Assembly: GCA_041583395.1 (NCBI GenBank)
Contig: JBFHFW010000001.1
Span: 1 to 32,816, forward strand
Source: Alphaproteobacteria bacterium
Lineage (GTDB): Bacteria > Pseudomonadota > Alphaproteobacteria > Micavibrionales > Micavibrionaceae
DNA: 32,816 nucleotides
Reading direction: 5' to 3'
Part shown: one piece after another, positions 18,061 to 27,698 of the stretch
Layout of the letters: every line of letters begins with the position of its first letter
Numbering within the stretch: the stretch's first letter is position 1
Notes under the pieces: model-generated
Database searches by the model: none
What the model was told of the DNA's origin: nothing
The model's input: only the letters and a program-made list of their open reading frames with translations
Position numbers and translations under genes: made by a program

Positions 18061-19838
18061 GCTTTAAAGACCTTCATCCATGCGGCGAAATTCATCCATT
18101 GCCAGATAAAGAACGAATTTTCGGCACCATGTGCAACATAATCTTCATAAGCTTGGTGAACGCGCGGCACGTCGAAAACGCCGCTTTCAATAAAGCTTTT
18201 GCTCTTTAATAGATCCCAAGCCAAATCCTTTAGCTCATCACGCAGCCATTCACGCTGTGGTGCGGAGACGGCGCGTTTTTGTTCGCATGTCTTGGCAAAT
18301 TCCGGTGCTCTTTTCTCCAGAGCCGTTTTCAAGATGCTTTTGGATTGGTGCGGCTTGACCTTATATTGGTAGGGCAGCGCATAGCAAAATTCTGCCAACC
18401 GTGCCGTTAAGAAGGGCTCCCGCAATTCAACGCTATGTGCCATGGACAGGCGGTCATTCATGCGCAAAACTCTGGGTACACGGCGATGGAATAGATCAGC
18501 ATACATGGCGTTCTCGACAGCAGTCCCAAATGGTGTTTTGAAATCCCTTAGGCTCGTTTCCGTCACAGGGCCATTTTCCAGTAGGAGCTCTGGTGCTAAA
18601 AAACGCGTATTATCTTGATAGAAGAGGGGTGTCGTGCCGTCAGTTGTCACACTTTGTGCTGTGTTTTTTTCATTCAGTAGGCTTTTATAATAGCCATAGC
18701 CTCCCAGCATTTCATCGACGCCTTGCCCTTCGAGTAAGACTTTCACGCCTTGGTCATGCGCATATTTGTGCAGTTTTTTATAGGCTTGGGTTGCGACGCC
18801 GCCAATGGGCTCTTCAAAAGAATAAATATCATCATTGAAGTTCGCTGCTGCCTCTTGGGGTTTAAAAACAACCTCATGTCTGTCCCATGAACGGTTTTTG
18901 GGAATAAGATCAGCATAAATAATTTCATCATACTGAGGCTCGCCATAGCCAATGGTGTAAGATGAGAGCGGCACATCTTTATCTGCAAGCTGATCCATCA
19001 ATAAGCATAGTGTCGCCGAGTCCATACCGCCGGACAAATTAAGACCCAATTTTACATCACTACGCAAATGCAAGCGGACGCTTTCTTCCAAACGCTGCCA
19101 GAGTTCTTCTGCAAGATTTTCTTCGCTTTTTCCATGGTCCACCACTTCCATTGCGCTTTCCAAATCCCAATAGGATTGCGACTTTGGTAATTGTCCTTTT
19201 TCGGCGTCCTTCGCCGTTATGACCATGTAATGCGCCGGATCAAGCGCCACAATATCTTTAAAGAAGGTACGGTTGCGGTGATTATAAACACCATAGCGGA
19301 AATAATCGCCCCAGATTTCCCAATCGGGTGCAAAAGGAACGCCTACGGCTAGCAATGCTTTGATCTCTGACGCGCCATAAATCGTTTGGTTATTGAGGCC
19401 AAAATAAAGCGGCTTAATCCCGATCCAATCCCGCGCCACGGTCAGTGTTTTGGCTTTATGATCCCAAACAGCCAATCCGAACATGCCGATTAGCTTTGGC
19501 AGACAATCTGCGCCCCACATATCCCAAGCAGCCAGTAAGACCTCACTATCGCTTGAAGAGGTAAAGTTATAATCAGAGAGCTGTTCTCTGATTTCCTTGT
19601 AATTATAGATTTCGCCGTTAAAAACCAACGTATAGCGCCCCGATGGTGTGCGCATTGGCTGCATACCGGAATCGGACACATCAATGATGCTCAGCCTGTT
19701 AAAGCCAAGCGCAACCTTATCTTCGGGATAGAAGCAGGTATCGCGCGCATCCGGCCCTCTATGGTGCTGGACTTTAACCATCTCATTGATTTTGTGGTCA
19801 GAAGCGTCGCGACCTATAATGAAGCTGATACCACACAT
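18057..19838 (-). CDS. Asparagine synthase (glutamine-hydrolysing)-like amidotransferase
   Basis: MCGI N-terminal nucleophile Cys2 (Ntn glutaminase) and PP-loop NLSGGMDSATL; 593 aa. Confidence 0.85.
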   Translation of the reverse strand: MCGISFIIGRDASDHKINEMVKVQHHRGPDARDTCFYPEDKVALGFNRLSIIDVSDSGMQPMRTPSGRYTLVFNGEIYNYKEIREQLSDYNFTSSSDSEVLLAAWDMWGADCLPKLIGMFGLAVWDHKAKTLTVARDWIGIKPLYFGLNNQTIYGASEIKALLAVGVPFAPDWEIWGDYFRYGVYNHRNRTFFKDIVALDPAHYMVITAKDAEKGQLPKSQSYWDLESAMEVVDHGKSEENLAEELWQRLEESVRLHLRSDVKLGLNLSGGMDSATLCLLMDQLADKDVPLSSYTIGYGEPQYDEIIYADLIPKNRSWDRHEVVFKPQEAAANFNDDIYSFEEPIGGVATQAYKKLHKYAHDQGVKVLLEGQGVDEMLGGYGYYKSLLNEKNTAQSVTTDGTTPLFYQDNTRFLAPELLLENGPVTETSLRDFKTPFGTAVENAMYADLFHRRVPRVLRMNDRLSMAHSVELREPFLTARLAEFCYALPYQYKVKPHQSKSILKTALEKRAPEFAKTCEQKRAVSAPQREWLRDELKDLAWDLLKSKSFIESGVFDVPRVHQAYEDYVAHGAENSFFIWQWMNFAAWMKVFKA

Positions 19839-19850
19839 ATGGAGATAGTC

Positions 19851-20942
19851 TTATGCTTTAGAAAAGAAGAAACGATGGATGCCGGATCCCCACATTACGT
19901 CTTTTCCGGCGTAACCACTGAATTTTTCAAACTCATCAACATCGGCACCGCGCTCAAGACGCTCTATTTCTGTTGCGCCAGAGGCTCGCAATTTATCGGC
20001 AATTTGCTCGGCTGTCAGGCGAATATTGATTGGCACCAAAATGTGATCCAGATACAAAAATCTTAGGTTCGTTGGCATATTTAAATTCAAGAAAACATCA
20101 TGGGCATAGCGATACGGAACGTCGCGCAACAGCTCACGGCAGATCTCGATCATATCCCATTTGATACCGCCCGGATCATTGATAAGCATCAAGAAACCGC
20201 GCCCGCCTTTTTTCAGGACACGAAGGAGCTCGTTCAAGCCTTTATCGAGATTAGTTGTGTGATGCAGCACGCCATTTGAAAAAACAAAGTCGAAGCTTTC
20301 ATCCTCAAAGGGCATATCCAAAACGGACCCACGTTGATAAGACAGGCCATCACGAGGGCGGTCTTGCAAACGTTTATTGGCATCTTCCAGATTTGTCTCA
20401 CTCATGTCAAAGCCAACAACTTCTGTCGCGCCAAGATTGCTGAGCGCGTAGCTGTAGCGACCGTTGCCACACCCCGCATCCAAAACACGCTTGCCCTTCA
20501 ACCAGCCCAGATCAAATCCGTTTCTTTCCAAACGCTGGCCTAAAAGCTGTGAGGGTTCTTCGTAGTATTTTTCCGCGTTGAAAGAAGAGAATAGATTTCC
20601 GTAGTGGTCTGCGGTTACTTCTTCTACAGCGGCTTTTTCACCTGCAACCGATGGATAGGTGTAAGGTGGGATTGTCTCAATAGCGACTTCCAGATAACGC
20701 GTGACATTTTGTAAAAGAGTTGCAAATTCTTCCGCAGGGTTTTCCGGCAGGACTTCTTCCATCTTGCGGAAATGAAAGCAGAGCCGGTAAACGGCCATAA
20801 TTTTGTGCAAATCCCAATCAGAGCTTGGCGCACAAGATAAAGATAGCAGCTTTTGCGCCTCTTTTTTGTAGGGGGAATCCTCTAAACAGGGGCAACGTTC
20901 CGATATATCGAGCTCTTCTTTTTTGGGGCTTAAATTCAACAT
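19851..20942 (-). CDS. Class I SAM-dependent methyltransferase with an uncharacterised ~150-aa N-terminal domain
   Basis: Motif I VLDAGCGNGRY, then FDFVFSNGVLHH and LKKGGRGFLML. ATG20942 is preferred, with purine-rich GGAGTGTGAAAGAG upstream. The track start at 21008 is a GTG extension. Confidence 0.7.
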   Translation of the reverse strand: MLNLSPKKEELDISERCPCLEDSPYKKEAQKLLSLSCAPSSDWDLHKIMAVYRLCFHFRKMEEVLPENPAEEFATLLQNVTRYLEVAIETIPPYTYPSVAGEKAAVEEVTADHYGNLFSSFNAEKYYEEPSQLLGQRLERNGFDLGWLKGKRVLDAGCGNGRYSYALSNLGATEVVGFDMSETNLEDANKRLQDRPRDGLSYQRGSVLDMPFEDESFDFVFSNGVLHHTTNLDKGLNELLRVLKKGGRGFLMLINDPGGIKWDMIEICRELLRDVPYRYAHDVFLNLNMPTNLRFLYLDHILVPINIRLTAEQIADKLRASGATEIERLERGADVDEFEKFSGYAGKDVMWGSGIHRFFFSKA

Positions 20943-21090
20943 GTTCTCTTTCACACTCCAAAATAAAATATTAAATAATCCGGCACACAGGATTAATATT
21001 AATTCCACTTTATAAACAAAATAAGTGTTTTCATACCACTAAGATGCAGCTATAGATAGACCTAAATTTCAAAAACTCATTGGGATCAAC
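20943..21090. promoter_or_regulatory. Divergent AT-rich intergenic region between the minus unit 20942-16696 and the plus unit 21091-24779
   Basis: Position only. No confident hexamers were called. Confidence 0.3.
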
Positions 21091-22032
21091 ATGTCTCGCG
21101 CACTCAATCATATTAAAAATGTTGTCCGGTTTATTAGCCCCTTTCATAGCAACGCTGTCATTACGCATAAAAGCCTGGTTCGGGATTATAAGCTGCAAAA
21201 GGATAAACTGAGCCAAGGCACACAAGGCCAATTTTCTGAATTGCTGGCACCGCTTGCTGAAAAACCGCTGCACGCAATCCCCGAGCAAGACGGATTTTTA
21301 ATTGCACAAATGCAAAATATGGATCTTTTGGGCAAAGCCATCACCTATTGCCGCACCGCATGGCCAAAAGATTATATCCAGAAAACTGTTTCAAAACCGT
21401 CTAAAAACAATACGCTCCTACCAGTTCATATTGATGTGCGTGATCCGCGCAACCAAGTCATTAAGGATCTGGTTTTGTCGGAAGAAATCCTTGCCCCGAT
21501 TGCCAATTATTTTGGTGAAATCCCGATCCTTTATGGCGCATATGTGTGGTATTGCCCAAACCAGCCTGCAGAAAATATGGTTGGCTCGCAGCTTTTTCAC
21601 TGTGATCGCGAAGACTACAAGCAGATGAAAGTTTTCATTCCCATTGATGAAATCACCGCAAATTGTGGGCCGACGACCTGTGTTTCTGCACAGGCAACGC
21701 AGAAGCTGTTCGCACACAGAAAAAAGCAAGGGTTGACGCTTTCCTTGAAAAACAGGTTCAGCGATGAGGAAGTTCACACACATGCCTCGGCCAAAGAGCA
21801 TGCCATTATTGGTAAAGCCGGCACGTTGGGATTTGTTGATACAACCAACTGCTTGCATTACGGCAGTCGCCCCGCGGGTGACGGGAAATATCATATGGTT
21901 CTTCATTACTTAACGCCATTTTCTTCGAAATTAAAAAGCCAGCTCACCCCTGAAAAACTCTCGGGAAATCTTGAAGAGATTGTCTTAAGCTACAAAGACA
22001 CGAGCCAGTATTTAAAAGAGCCTGTAACTTAA
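21091..22032 (+). CDS. PhyH-like Fe(II)/2-oxoglutarate-dependent dioxygenase (putative)
   Basis: H-x-D in LFHCDRED and a distal His in TTNCLHYGSRPAG, with spacing compatible with the jelly-roll facial triad. Confidence 0.5.
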   Translation: MSRALNHIKNVVRFISPFHSNAVITHKSLVRDYKLQKDKLSQGTQGQFSELLAPLAEKPLHAIPEQDGFLIAQMQNMDLLGKAITYCRTAWPKDYIQKTVSKPSKNNTLLPVHIDVRDPRNQVIKDLVLSEEILAPIANYFGEIPILYGAYVWYCPNQPAENMVGSQLFHCDREDYKQMKVFIPIDEITANCGPTTCVSAQATQKLFAHRKKQGLTLSLKNRFSDEEVHTHASAKEHAIIGKAGTLGFVDTTNCLHYGSRPAGDGKYHMVLHYLTPFSSKLKSQLTPEKLSGNLEEIVLSYKDTSQYLKEPVT

Positions 22033-22046
22033 AAATGTAACTCATT

Positions 22047-23582
22047 ATGCTGTTTAACTCTTTAGAATTTATCCTTGTTTTCCTGCCGCTGACGCTGATC
22101 GTTTTTTATGCGAGCGCCTATTTTTTAAAGCCCCGTTTCGGACATGCGGCCTTATATATTGTGTTGAGTTTGGCCTCACTGATCTTTTATAGCTATTGGT
22201 ACTGGCCGAATATTTTTGTGCTCGCTTCAAGTATTTTGGTCAATTTTTATCTGGGCAGAAAAATTGATCGCTCGTCCGAGCCGCATCTTAGAAAATTATG
22301 GATAGTCGCGGGGGTGTCAGCAAATTTATGCGTGCTGGGGTACTTCAAATATTTCAACTTTTTTGCCGAGAATATTGCTGCGATTATGGGGAACGAACAT
22401 AATGCACTGGTTATCATTATGCCGCTCGGCATTTCTTTCTTTACGTTCCAGCAGATCGCTTATCTAGTTGATGCCTATAAGAAAAATCCGCGCGCGCATA
22501 TCTTGTCTGAATATACTTTGTTTGTCAGCTTCTTCCCGCAGCTCATCGCAGGGCCTATTATCCTGTATAAAGATTTGTACAAACAATATGAGGATTCCAG
22601 CTTTGGCACATTCAAATTGAACATGTTTATGGCGGGTCTGGCCATTTTTACTTTGGGCTTGGGCAAGAAGGTGCTCATTGCCGATCATTTATCCCTCATC
22701 AGCCAGCCTGTTTTTACCCGCGCCGATGCCGGTGAAACGCTCCAGTTTTTTGAGGCATGGGCGGGAACGCTGGCCTATACATATCAGCTCTATTTTGATT
22801 TCTCCGGTTATAGCGATATGGCTATTGGCTTGGCGCTTTTAATGGGGCTGAAGCTTCCGATTAACTTTAACTCTCCTTATAAGGCAACATCCATTATTGA
22901 TTTTTGGCGGCGTTGGCACATTACCTTTTCCAACTTTTTAAGGGACTATCTATATATCCCTCTGGGCGGTAGCCAAAAAGGAAATCGTCGCACCATAATC
23001 AATTTGTTACTTGTTATGTTCTTGGGTGGTTTGTGGCACGGTGCAGGGTGGACTTTTGTCTTTTGGGGCGTATTGCACGGCACCTTTCTTGTGATCAATC
23101 ACACATATCGCCGATTAAAGGGCGATAAAAAGACTTTGCTGTTCTTTCCACCGGTTGCTTATCTGATCACAATGCTAAGCGTTGCTTTTGGCTGGATCTT
23201 TTTCCGCGCCGAGACATTTCATGGGGCTCTTAACATCATCGGCACAATGTTCGGGAAAAATAAAATCTTGATGCCCAGCGAGGTTTATGCACATTTGCCC
23301 GAGCAAACCCATAATATCTTTTTGCTAGAAAGTGAACCGGATCTGCTGTTTTGGACGGGGAGTCTGACATGGGATGCTTTCCCCTTGATTGTGGTGGTTG
23401 CGTTTGCAGCGCTTTTGTTGCCCTCTGCAACGGATTTATACCAGAATTTCAAAAAGAACAATCATCTGCCAGCTATCGTGCTTAACCCTGTTTTTGCATT
23501 ATTTTTAGGCATGGTCTTTGTTGTTTCTCTTCTGCTGACTTATGCAAGTTCGGCCAGTGAATTTTTATATTTTCAGTTTTAG
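22047..23582 (+). CDS. MBOAT-family membrane O-acyltransferase (AlgI/DltB-like)
   Basis: MLFNSLEF start and a multi-TM sequence. Motifs seen: FWRRWHITFSNFLRDYLYIPLGGS and GGLWHGAGWTFVFWGVLHG (conserved His). Confidence 0.85.
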   Translation: MLFNSLEFILVFLPLTLIVFYASAYFLKPRFGHAALYIVLSLASLIFYSYWYWPNIFVLASSILVNFYLGRKIDRSSEPHLRKLWIVAGVSANLCVLGYFKYFNFFAENIAAIMGNEHNALVIIMPLGISFFTFQQIAYLVDAYKKNPRAHILSEYTLFVSFFPQLIAGPIILYKDLYKQYEDSSFGTFKLNMFMAGLAIFTLGLGKKVLIADHLSLISQPVFTRADAGETLQFFEAWAGTLAYTYQLYFDFSGYSDMAIGLALLMGLKLPINFNSPYKATSIIDFWRRWHITFSNFLRDYLYIPLGGSQKGNRRTIINLLLVMFLGGLWHGAGWTFVFWGVLHGTFLVINHTYRRLKGDKKTLLFFPPVAYLITMLSVAFGWIFFRAETFHGALNIIGTMFGKNKILMPSEVYAHLPEQTHNIFLLESEPDLLFWTGSLTWDAFPLIVVVAFAALLLPSATDLYQNFKKNNHLPAIVLNPVFALFLGMVFVVSLLLTYASSASEFLYFQF

Positions 23583-23594
23583 GATCCCAAAGAT

Positions 23595-24779
23595 ATGCAG
23601 CGCAAAAAATATATTCTCTTCGGTATCTTTTTTCTGATCCCTGTATTAATTGCTGGCTTTCTTTATCTGCCCTATCAAATTTTGATTACGCGTACGGGCG
23701 AGCATGCTCCTGCGCCATTGATTGCAAAGACGCTGGCACAGGGACAGAACTGTGTTTATGCTCGTGCCACTGTCATGGGCACTCCGGTCGAAAGCTTTAA
23801 GCATTTGCAATATGAGCTTTTAAAGCCTGATATCGCGATTGTCGGATCATCACGCTCAATGCAGTTTAAGAGTGATTATTTTTCGCAGCCCTCTTTTACC
23901 TTTGGCGGGACGGTCAGCAATATTTATGATTTTGAAGATGTGATCTATGGTGCCCTAAAAAAGCACCCTCCCAAAGCCATGATTTTACAGCTGGATTACT
24001 GGTGGTTTAGCCCCCGATATTTCAACGGTATTTTTAAGAAAAAAATCGAGCTTTATAAATATTTCCGCAACCATGTCAAACTGGCTTACGAGCCTTATAT
24101 GTGGATTTTGGATGGTAAATTAGACCGTCAGCAGTTTTTGGAGACGGTTTTATCCCGAACAAAAGACAGCTGCCATATGGGCATTATGGGTGCTTTGCAA
24201 CATAAAGGGTACACGCGCGATGGCAGCTATTTTTATGGAACGGATTACATTCTTCCTCACGAGGAACAGGGGTTTTCCAAAGAAATAAATGCCATTGATA
24301 AGGAAACATTCCGGATTGCCGGAATCCCTGATGCGATTGATGAGGCTCGCCTGCAAATTTTTGCTGATGTCATTCAGGAAATTTCCCGTTTGAATATTCC
24401 ATATGTTGTGATCTTTCCGCCTTTTGCGCCGGACGTTTATGATCACCTGAAGGAAAAAAACCCTGACTTTCTCAAATTCATGGATTCGGTCGTTAAAAAT
24501 GTCCGGGAGCTTGCGGACAATGTTTATGATTTTCACGATCCGGCAACCATTCAAACACATAATTGCGATTTTCTAGATGGAGATCACGGTGGCCTCGCAA
24601 GCTATATCAAAATCCTGAATGCACTTGAAAATAGCGCAATTACGCCCTATCTGAACCATAGGAGAATTCAGCAAGACATGAAGCGTTTGGATGGTAAAGC
24701 TATTTCACCCGAAGAGCTTCAACGTTTCATGCCGGGGAAACGTGAAATCGATTTTCTCAATTTGGGATGCCAAAAATAA
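23595..24779 (+). CDS. Membrane-anchored DltD/SGNH-like partner of the MBOAT (putative extracytoplasmic acyl transferase)
   Basis: N-terminal TM anchor (ILFGIFFLIPVLIAGFLYL), a Ser-block IVGSSRS and a C-terminal D-x-x-H (FLDGDHGG). Its size of ~394 aa and its position directly after an MBOAT gene parallel DltB-DltD. Confidence 0.5.
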   Translation: MQRKKYILFGIFFLIPVLIAGFLYLPYQILITRTGEHAPAPLIAKTLAQGQNCVYARATVMGTPVESFKHLQYELLKPDIAIVGSSRSMQFKSDYFSQPSFTFGGTVSNIYDFEDVIYGALKKHPPKAMILQLDYWWFSPRYFNGIFKKKIELYKYFRNHVKLAYEPYMWILDGKLDRQQFLETVLSRTKDSCHMGIMGALQHKGYTRDGSYFYGTDYILPHEEQGFSKEINAIDKETFRIAGIPDAIDEARLQIFADVIQEISRLNIPYVVIFPPFAPDVYDHLKEKNPDFLKFMDSVVKNVRELADNVYDFHDPATIQTHNCDFLDGDHGGLASYIKILNALENSAITPYLNHRRIQQDMKRLDGKAISPEELQRFMPGKREIDFLNLGCQK

Positions 24780-24784
24780 AAATT

Positions 24785-24813
24785 TTGACATAATTTTACC
24801 CTTGTTCTAGAGT
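24785..24813 (+). promoter_or_regulatory. Sigma70-type promoter: TTGACA (24785-24790), 17-nt spacer, TAGAGT (24808-24813)
   Basis: Perfect -35, canonical 17-nt spacer and a 4/6 -10. It lies 38 nt upstream of ATG24852. Confidence 0.5.
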
Positions 24814-24851
24814 GCTGCTCATTATCAGAATTTGAGTGAAGATTTAACGAT

Positions 24852-25976
24852 ATGGCTTCTTCCGCATTTGACAATATGGCCCACCAAGCTGCCTGGCAAA
24901 GTAAACAGGGTGTTGGTGAAGCCAGTTTTACCCATGATGTACCTTGGGATGTTTTTAATCGTTTGCAACCTGCATTTGCTGCACATGGACTTCATGCAGC
25001 ACCGGAAAGTGTTAAAGCTCTTCTGGCATTTGCGCCCAAAAATAGAAATCAGAATTATTTTTTGGTACCAGATAATGAAGGTGGAAAAATCATTCATATG
25101 CGCGCAAATATTGGAGAAGATCCTGTTGTGTTTGTTGCGGATCTCTTAAAACAGCCGGCATATGCCGATCTTTCATGTGTTACATATTTGCCGTATCAGG
25201 ATCAAAAATATATAACGCAACTTGATGCTAACGCGATGGCGATGGTTACAGATTATGTTGCGGGTGAAAAACCTCTTCCGGGAAAACATGATTTGAAAAA
25301 TTTGGGGCGCCAGCTTGCAAAATTGGAGCAAGCGCATAAATCCCTGCCTCAGGCAGTGAAAGATGATCTTATCCAAAAAGGGAAAGATACACTGGAATCT
25401 TTTGCACAGAGTGTAGAATTTGCCATTCAAAATATTCAACATTATGCGCAAGTTGTTGGACAAGAAAACGCACAAACACTTGTACAGTTGAATACAGAAT
25501 TTCCAGATATTTTCACTAACCCAGATAAATTAGGGATTTATCATGGTGATGCGCATGAGGGTAATTTGATCGTCATGCCTTCTGGTGAACTGCATTTTCT
25601 TGATTTTGAGGCCATGGCTGTCGGCGGGCACCGCCCAGAGGGCTTTGATTTCGGGCAAGCGGCTTATCGCACGGTTTTGGGCGGGGCTGATTTTCTTACA
25701 GCAGACAACGAGAGTGTTGATTACGCCAAATTGAAAACAGAAAAAACCACGCTTAAAGCGCAACTATATGAGTTTGCCGAAGGCTATGCGAAAGAACGTG
25801 AAATCGATGTTGAAAAAGCCATGGGCTATATCAAGCGCGCAGCTGCAGCTAAAGCTCTGCAGATTGTCAGGAACTTCAAAATTGCGGTTGAGTACAAGAA
25901 ATCTCCAGACAGTGTAGTAGCTGGTATCAATAAACAGGCTAATTTTTATCGGGCGGTTGATTTTATCTTGTCATAG
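24852..25976 (+). CDS. Aminoglycoside-phosphotransferase/choline-kinase-fold (APH family) small-molecule kinase
   Basis: Brenner motif IYHGDAHEGN (HxDxxxxN) followed by HFLDFE (metal-binding Asp). Confidence 0.65.
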   Translation: MASSAFDNMAHQAAWQSKQGVGEASFTHDVPWDVFNRLQPAFAAHGLHAAPESVKALLAFAPKNRNQNYFLVPDNEGGKIIHMRANIGEDPVVFVADLLKQPAYADLSCVTYLPYQDQKYITQLDANAMAMVTDYVAGEKPLPGKHDLKNLGRQLAKLEQAHKSLPQAVKDDLIQKGKDTLESFAQSVEFAIQNIQHYAQVVGQENAQTLVQLNTEFPDIFTNPDKLGIYHGDAHEGNLIVMPSGELHFLDFEAMAVGGHRPEGFDFGQAAYRTVLGGADFLTADNESVDYAKLKTEKTTLKAQLYEFAEGYAKEREIDVEKAMGYIKRAAAAKALQIVRNFKIAVEYKKSPDSVVAGINKQANFYRAVDFILS

Positions 25977-25994
25977 GGCGGCTATAACCGCTCT
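25975..25994. terminator. Hairpin between convergent genes; a weak candidate bidirectional terminator
   Basis: AGGGCGG (25975-25981) pairs with CCGCTCT (25988-25994): 7 bp with one G-U, 6-nt loop. There is no flanking T-run on either strand. Confidence 0.25.
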
Positions 25995-25996
25995 TA

Positions 25997-27688
25997 TCAG
26001 GGCAGTGGATCTAAAGACACTGTCCCGTCTTTGACGGCATAACAGGCATCGGCCAACCGTAATGTGCTCTCGCGATGTGTAATGATGATGAGCGTGAGGT
26101 CTTTGTCCTCTTGCAGGTTGGCAATAATTTCTTTTTCTGCTTTTTCTTCAATTGCACTGGTGGTTTCGTCCAGCACGATTAATTTACACCCCTGCGCTAG
26201 GGCACGGGCAAGGGCGAGGCGTTTCTTTTGCCCGCCGGATAAATTGGCGCCGTTTTCATGCAAGATAGTCTCATAGCCTTCTGGCAAGGCTTCAACAAAC
26301 TCATCCACGGTTGCTATTTTGCAGGCTTTTAGAATCTGATCCTCGCTTATGTTTTCGTTCCCAAGGCAAATATTGTCTCTGATCGTTCCGTAATAGATAA
26401 CAGGCTCTTGCGGGACATAGCCGATTAAACTACGCCAAGACGATAGGCTATAATCCGATATAGGGGTTTTACCATTCTTAATCGTGCCCGATACGGGCTC
26501 ATAAAGACGTGCCAAAAGATCAATCAGTGTTGTTTTGCCAGATCCTGATGGCCCTCTGATACATGTTGTTTTGCCTGTTTCGATACGCATATTAACGCCT
26601 CGCAAAACAGGTTCCTGGCTGTCATAGTAAAAAACCAAATCTTTAATATCTAAAAATTGACTAAGTGACTTAACCTGATGGCCTTTATAAAGATCCTCTT
26701 GCCCAACTGCATTTTTCAAGCGCCTTAAAATCAACTTGAATGACGGGAACTGCGAAGTAATTTTAAATCTTAGTGCTGTGATCGTTGAAACATTTGCCGT
26801 TAAACGTGCAAAAGCCGCTATAAACAAAGCAATTTGCGGCATCAAAACTTTTACCTCGTTTAAATCAGATGGTAAAATAATGGCAATTAACAAAACTGCA
26901 AATGCTAAAACAAACTCTTTACCCAGTGCTGGCACCGCATTGGCAATCTTTTTTGATTTACGGTTTGTATTGGTATCGCGGCCTAGTTTTGCAATTTTGT
27001 TGATTTGAAAATCTTCACTATGAGAGATTTTTATATCTTTAATCCCGTTCAAACTCTCATATAGGCTGGAATTCAAACTTTGATTAAGTGCAATACCACG
27101 TTTGCCCAATCTTCTAGCCAATCTAAAGTAAGGGCGTCCCAGTACAAACCACACAACACTGCCGCCTAAAATTGATGCAATAAGCCATAACCAATTCACA
27201 GCAGTGAGAATTAAAAGCACCGCCCCGATAATAAAAATCTGGGCCAAATAATTCAAATAATTATAGATAAAACTGGCCGCCGTATCTGCTTCGAATATCA
27301 AGTCATTAACCAAAACACCTTTTTTCTCTTTTGCAATCACTTGATAAGGAGACAATATATATTGCTGGCTCAAAGCCAACTGCCATTTAAGACGGACATT
27401 TTCAGTCAAATGAATTGAAAAAACGACCCGAATAATACTAACAACCAATTTCAAGCATAAAATACTACCTAAAAGAAAAAGCATAAAAGATGTATCTGTT
27501 TGAAATTGTTCTGGAATATATCTAATCGTCCACGATTGATCTTCAACACCACCAAGCGCAGCATTGGTCACAGGCAAAATCAAGGAAATTGAAAAAGCAG
27601 ATAGCAGTGCATCAAGCAAGGTGACCGCAAGCATTAAAATTAATACAGGTCTTAGTGCCTTTAGATTTTTCCAAATTTTAGCAAACAT
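25997..27688 (-). CDS. Fused TMD-NBD ABC exporter (MsbA/PglK-like type I exporter); putative lipid-linked glycan flippase
   Basis: Six-TM N-terminal half, then Walker A GPSGSGKTT, signature LSGGQKKR and Walker B LIVLDETTSAIE. ATG27688 is preferred: AGGA lies 9 nt upstream and it is 10 nt after the neuB stop. The track start at 27733 would overlap neuB by 35 nt. Confidence 0.85.
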   Translation of the reverse strand: MFAKIWKNLKALRPVLILMLAVTLLDALLSAFSISLILPVTNAALGGVEDQSWTIRYIPEQFQTDTSFMLFLLGSILCLKLVVSIIRVVFSIHLTENVRLKWQLALSQQYILSPYQVIAKEKKGVLVNDLIFEADTAASFIYNYLNYLAQIFIIGAVLLILTAVNWLWLIASILGGSVVWFVLGRPYFRLARRLGKRGIALNQSLNSSLYESLNGIKDIKISHSEDFQINKIAKLGRDTNTNRKSKKIANAVPALGKEFVLAFAVLLIAIILPSDLNEVKVLMPQIALFIAAFARLTANVSTITALRFKITSQFPSFKLILRRLKNAVGQEDLYKGHQVKSLSQFLDIKDLVFYYDSQEPVLRGVNMRIETGKTTCIRGPSGSGKTTLIDLLARLYEPVSGTIKNGKTPISDYSLSSWRSLIGYVPQEPVIYYGTIRDNICLGNENISEDQILKACKIATVDEFVEALPEGYETILHENGANLSGGQKKRLALARALAQGCKLIVLDETTSAIEEKAEKEIIANLQEDKDLTLIIITHRESTLRLADACYAVKDGTVSLDPLP

Positions 27689-27698
27689 AGTGGAAATC

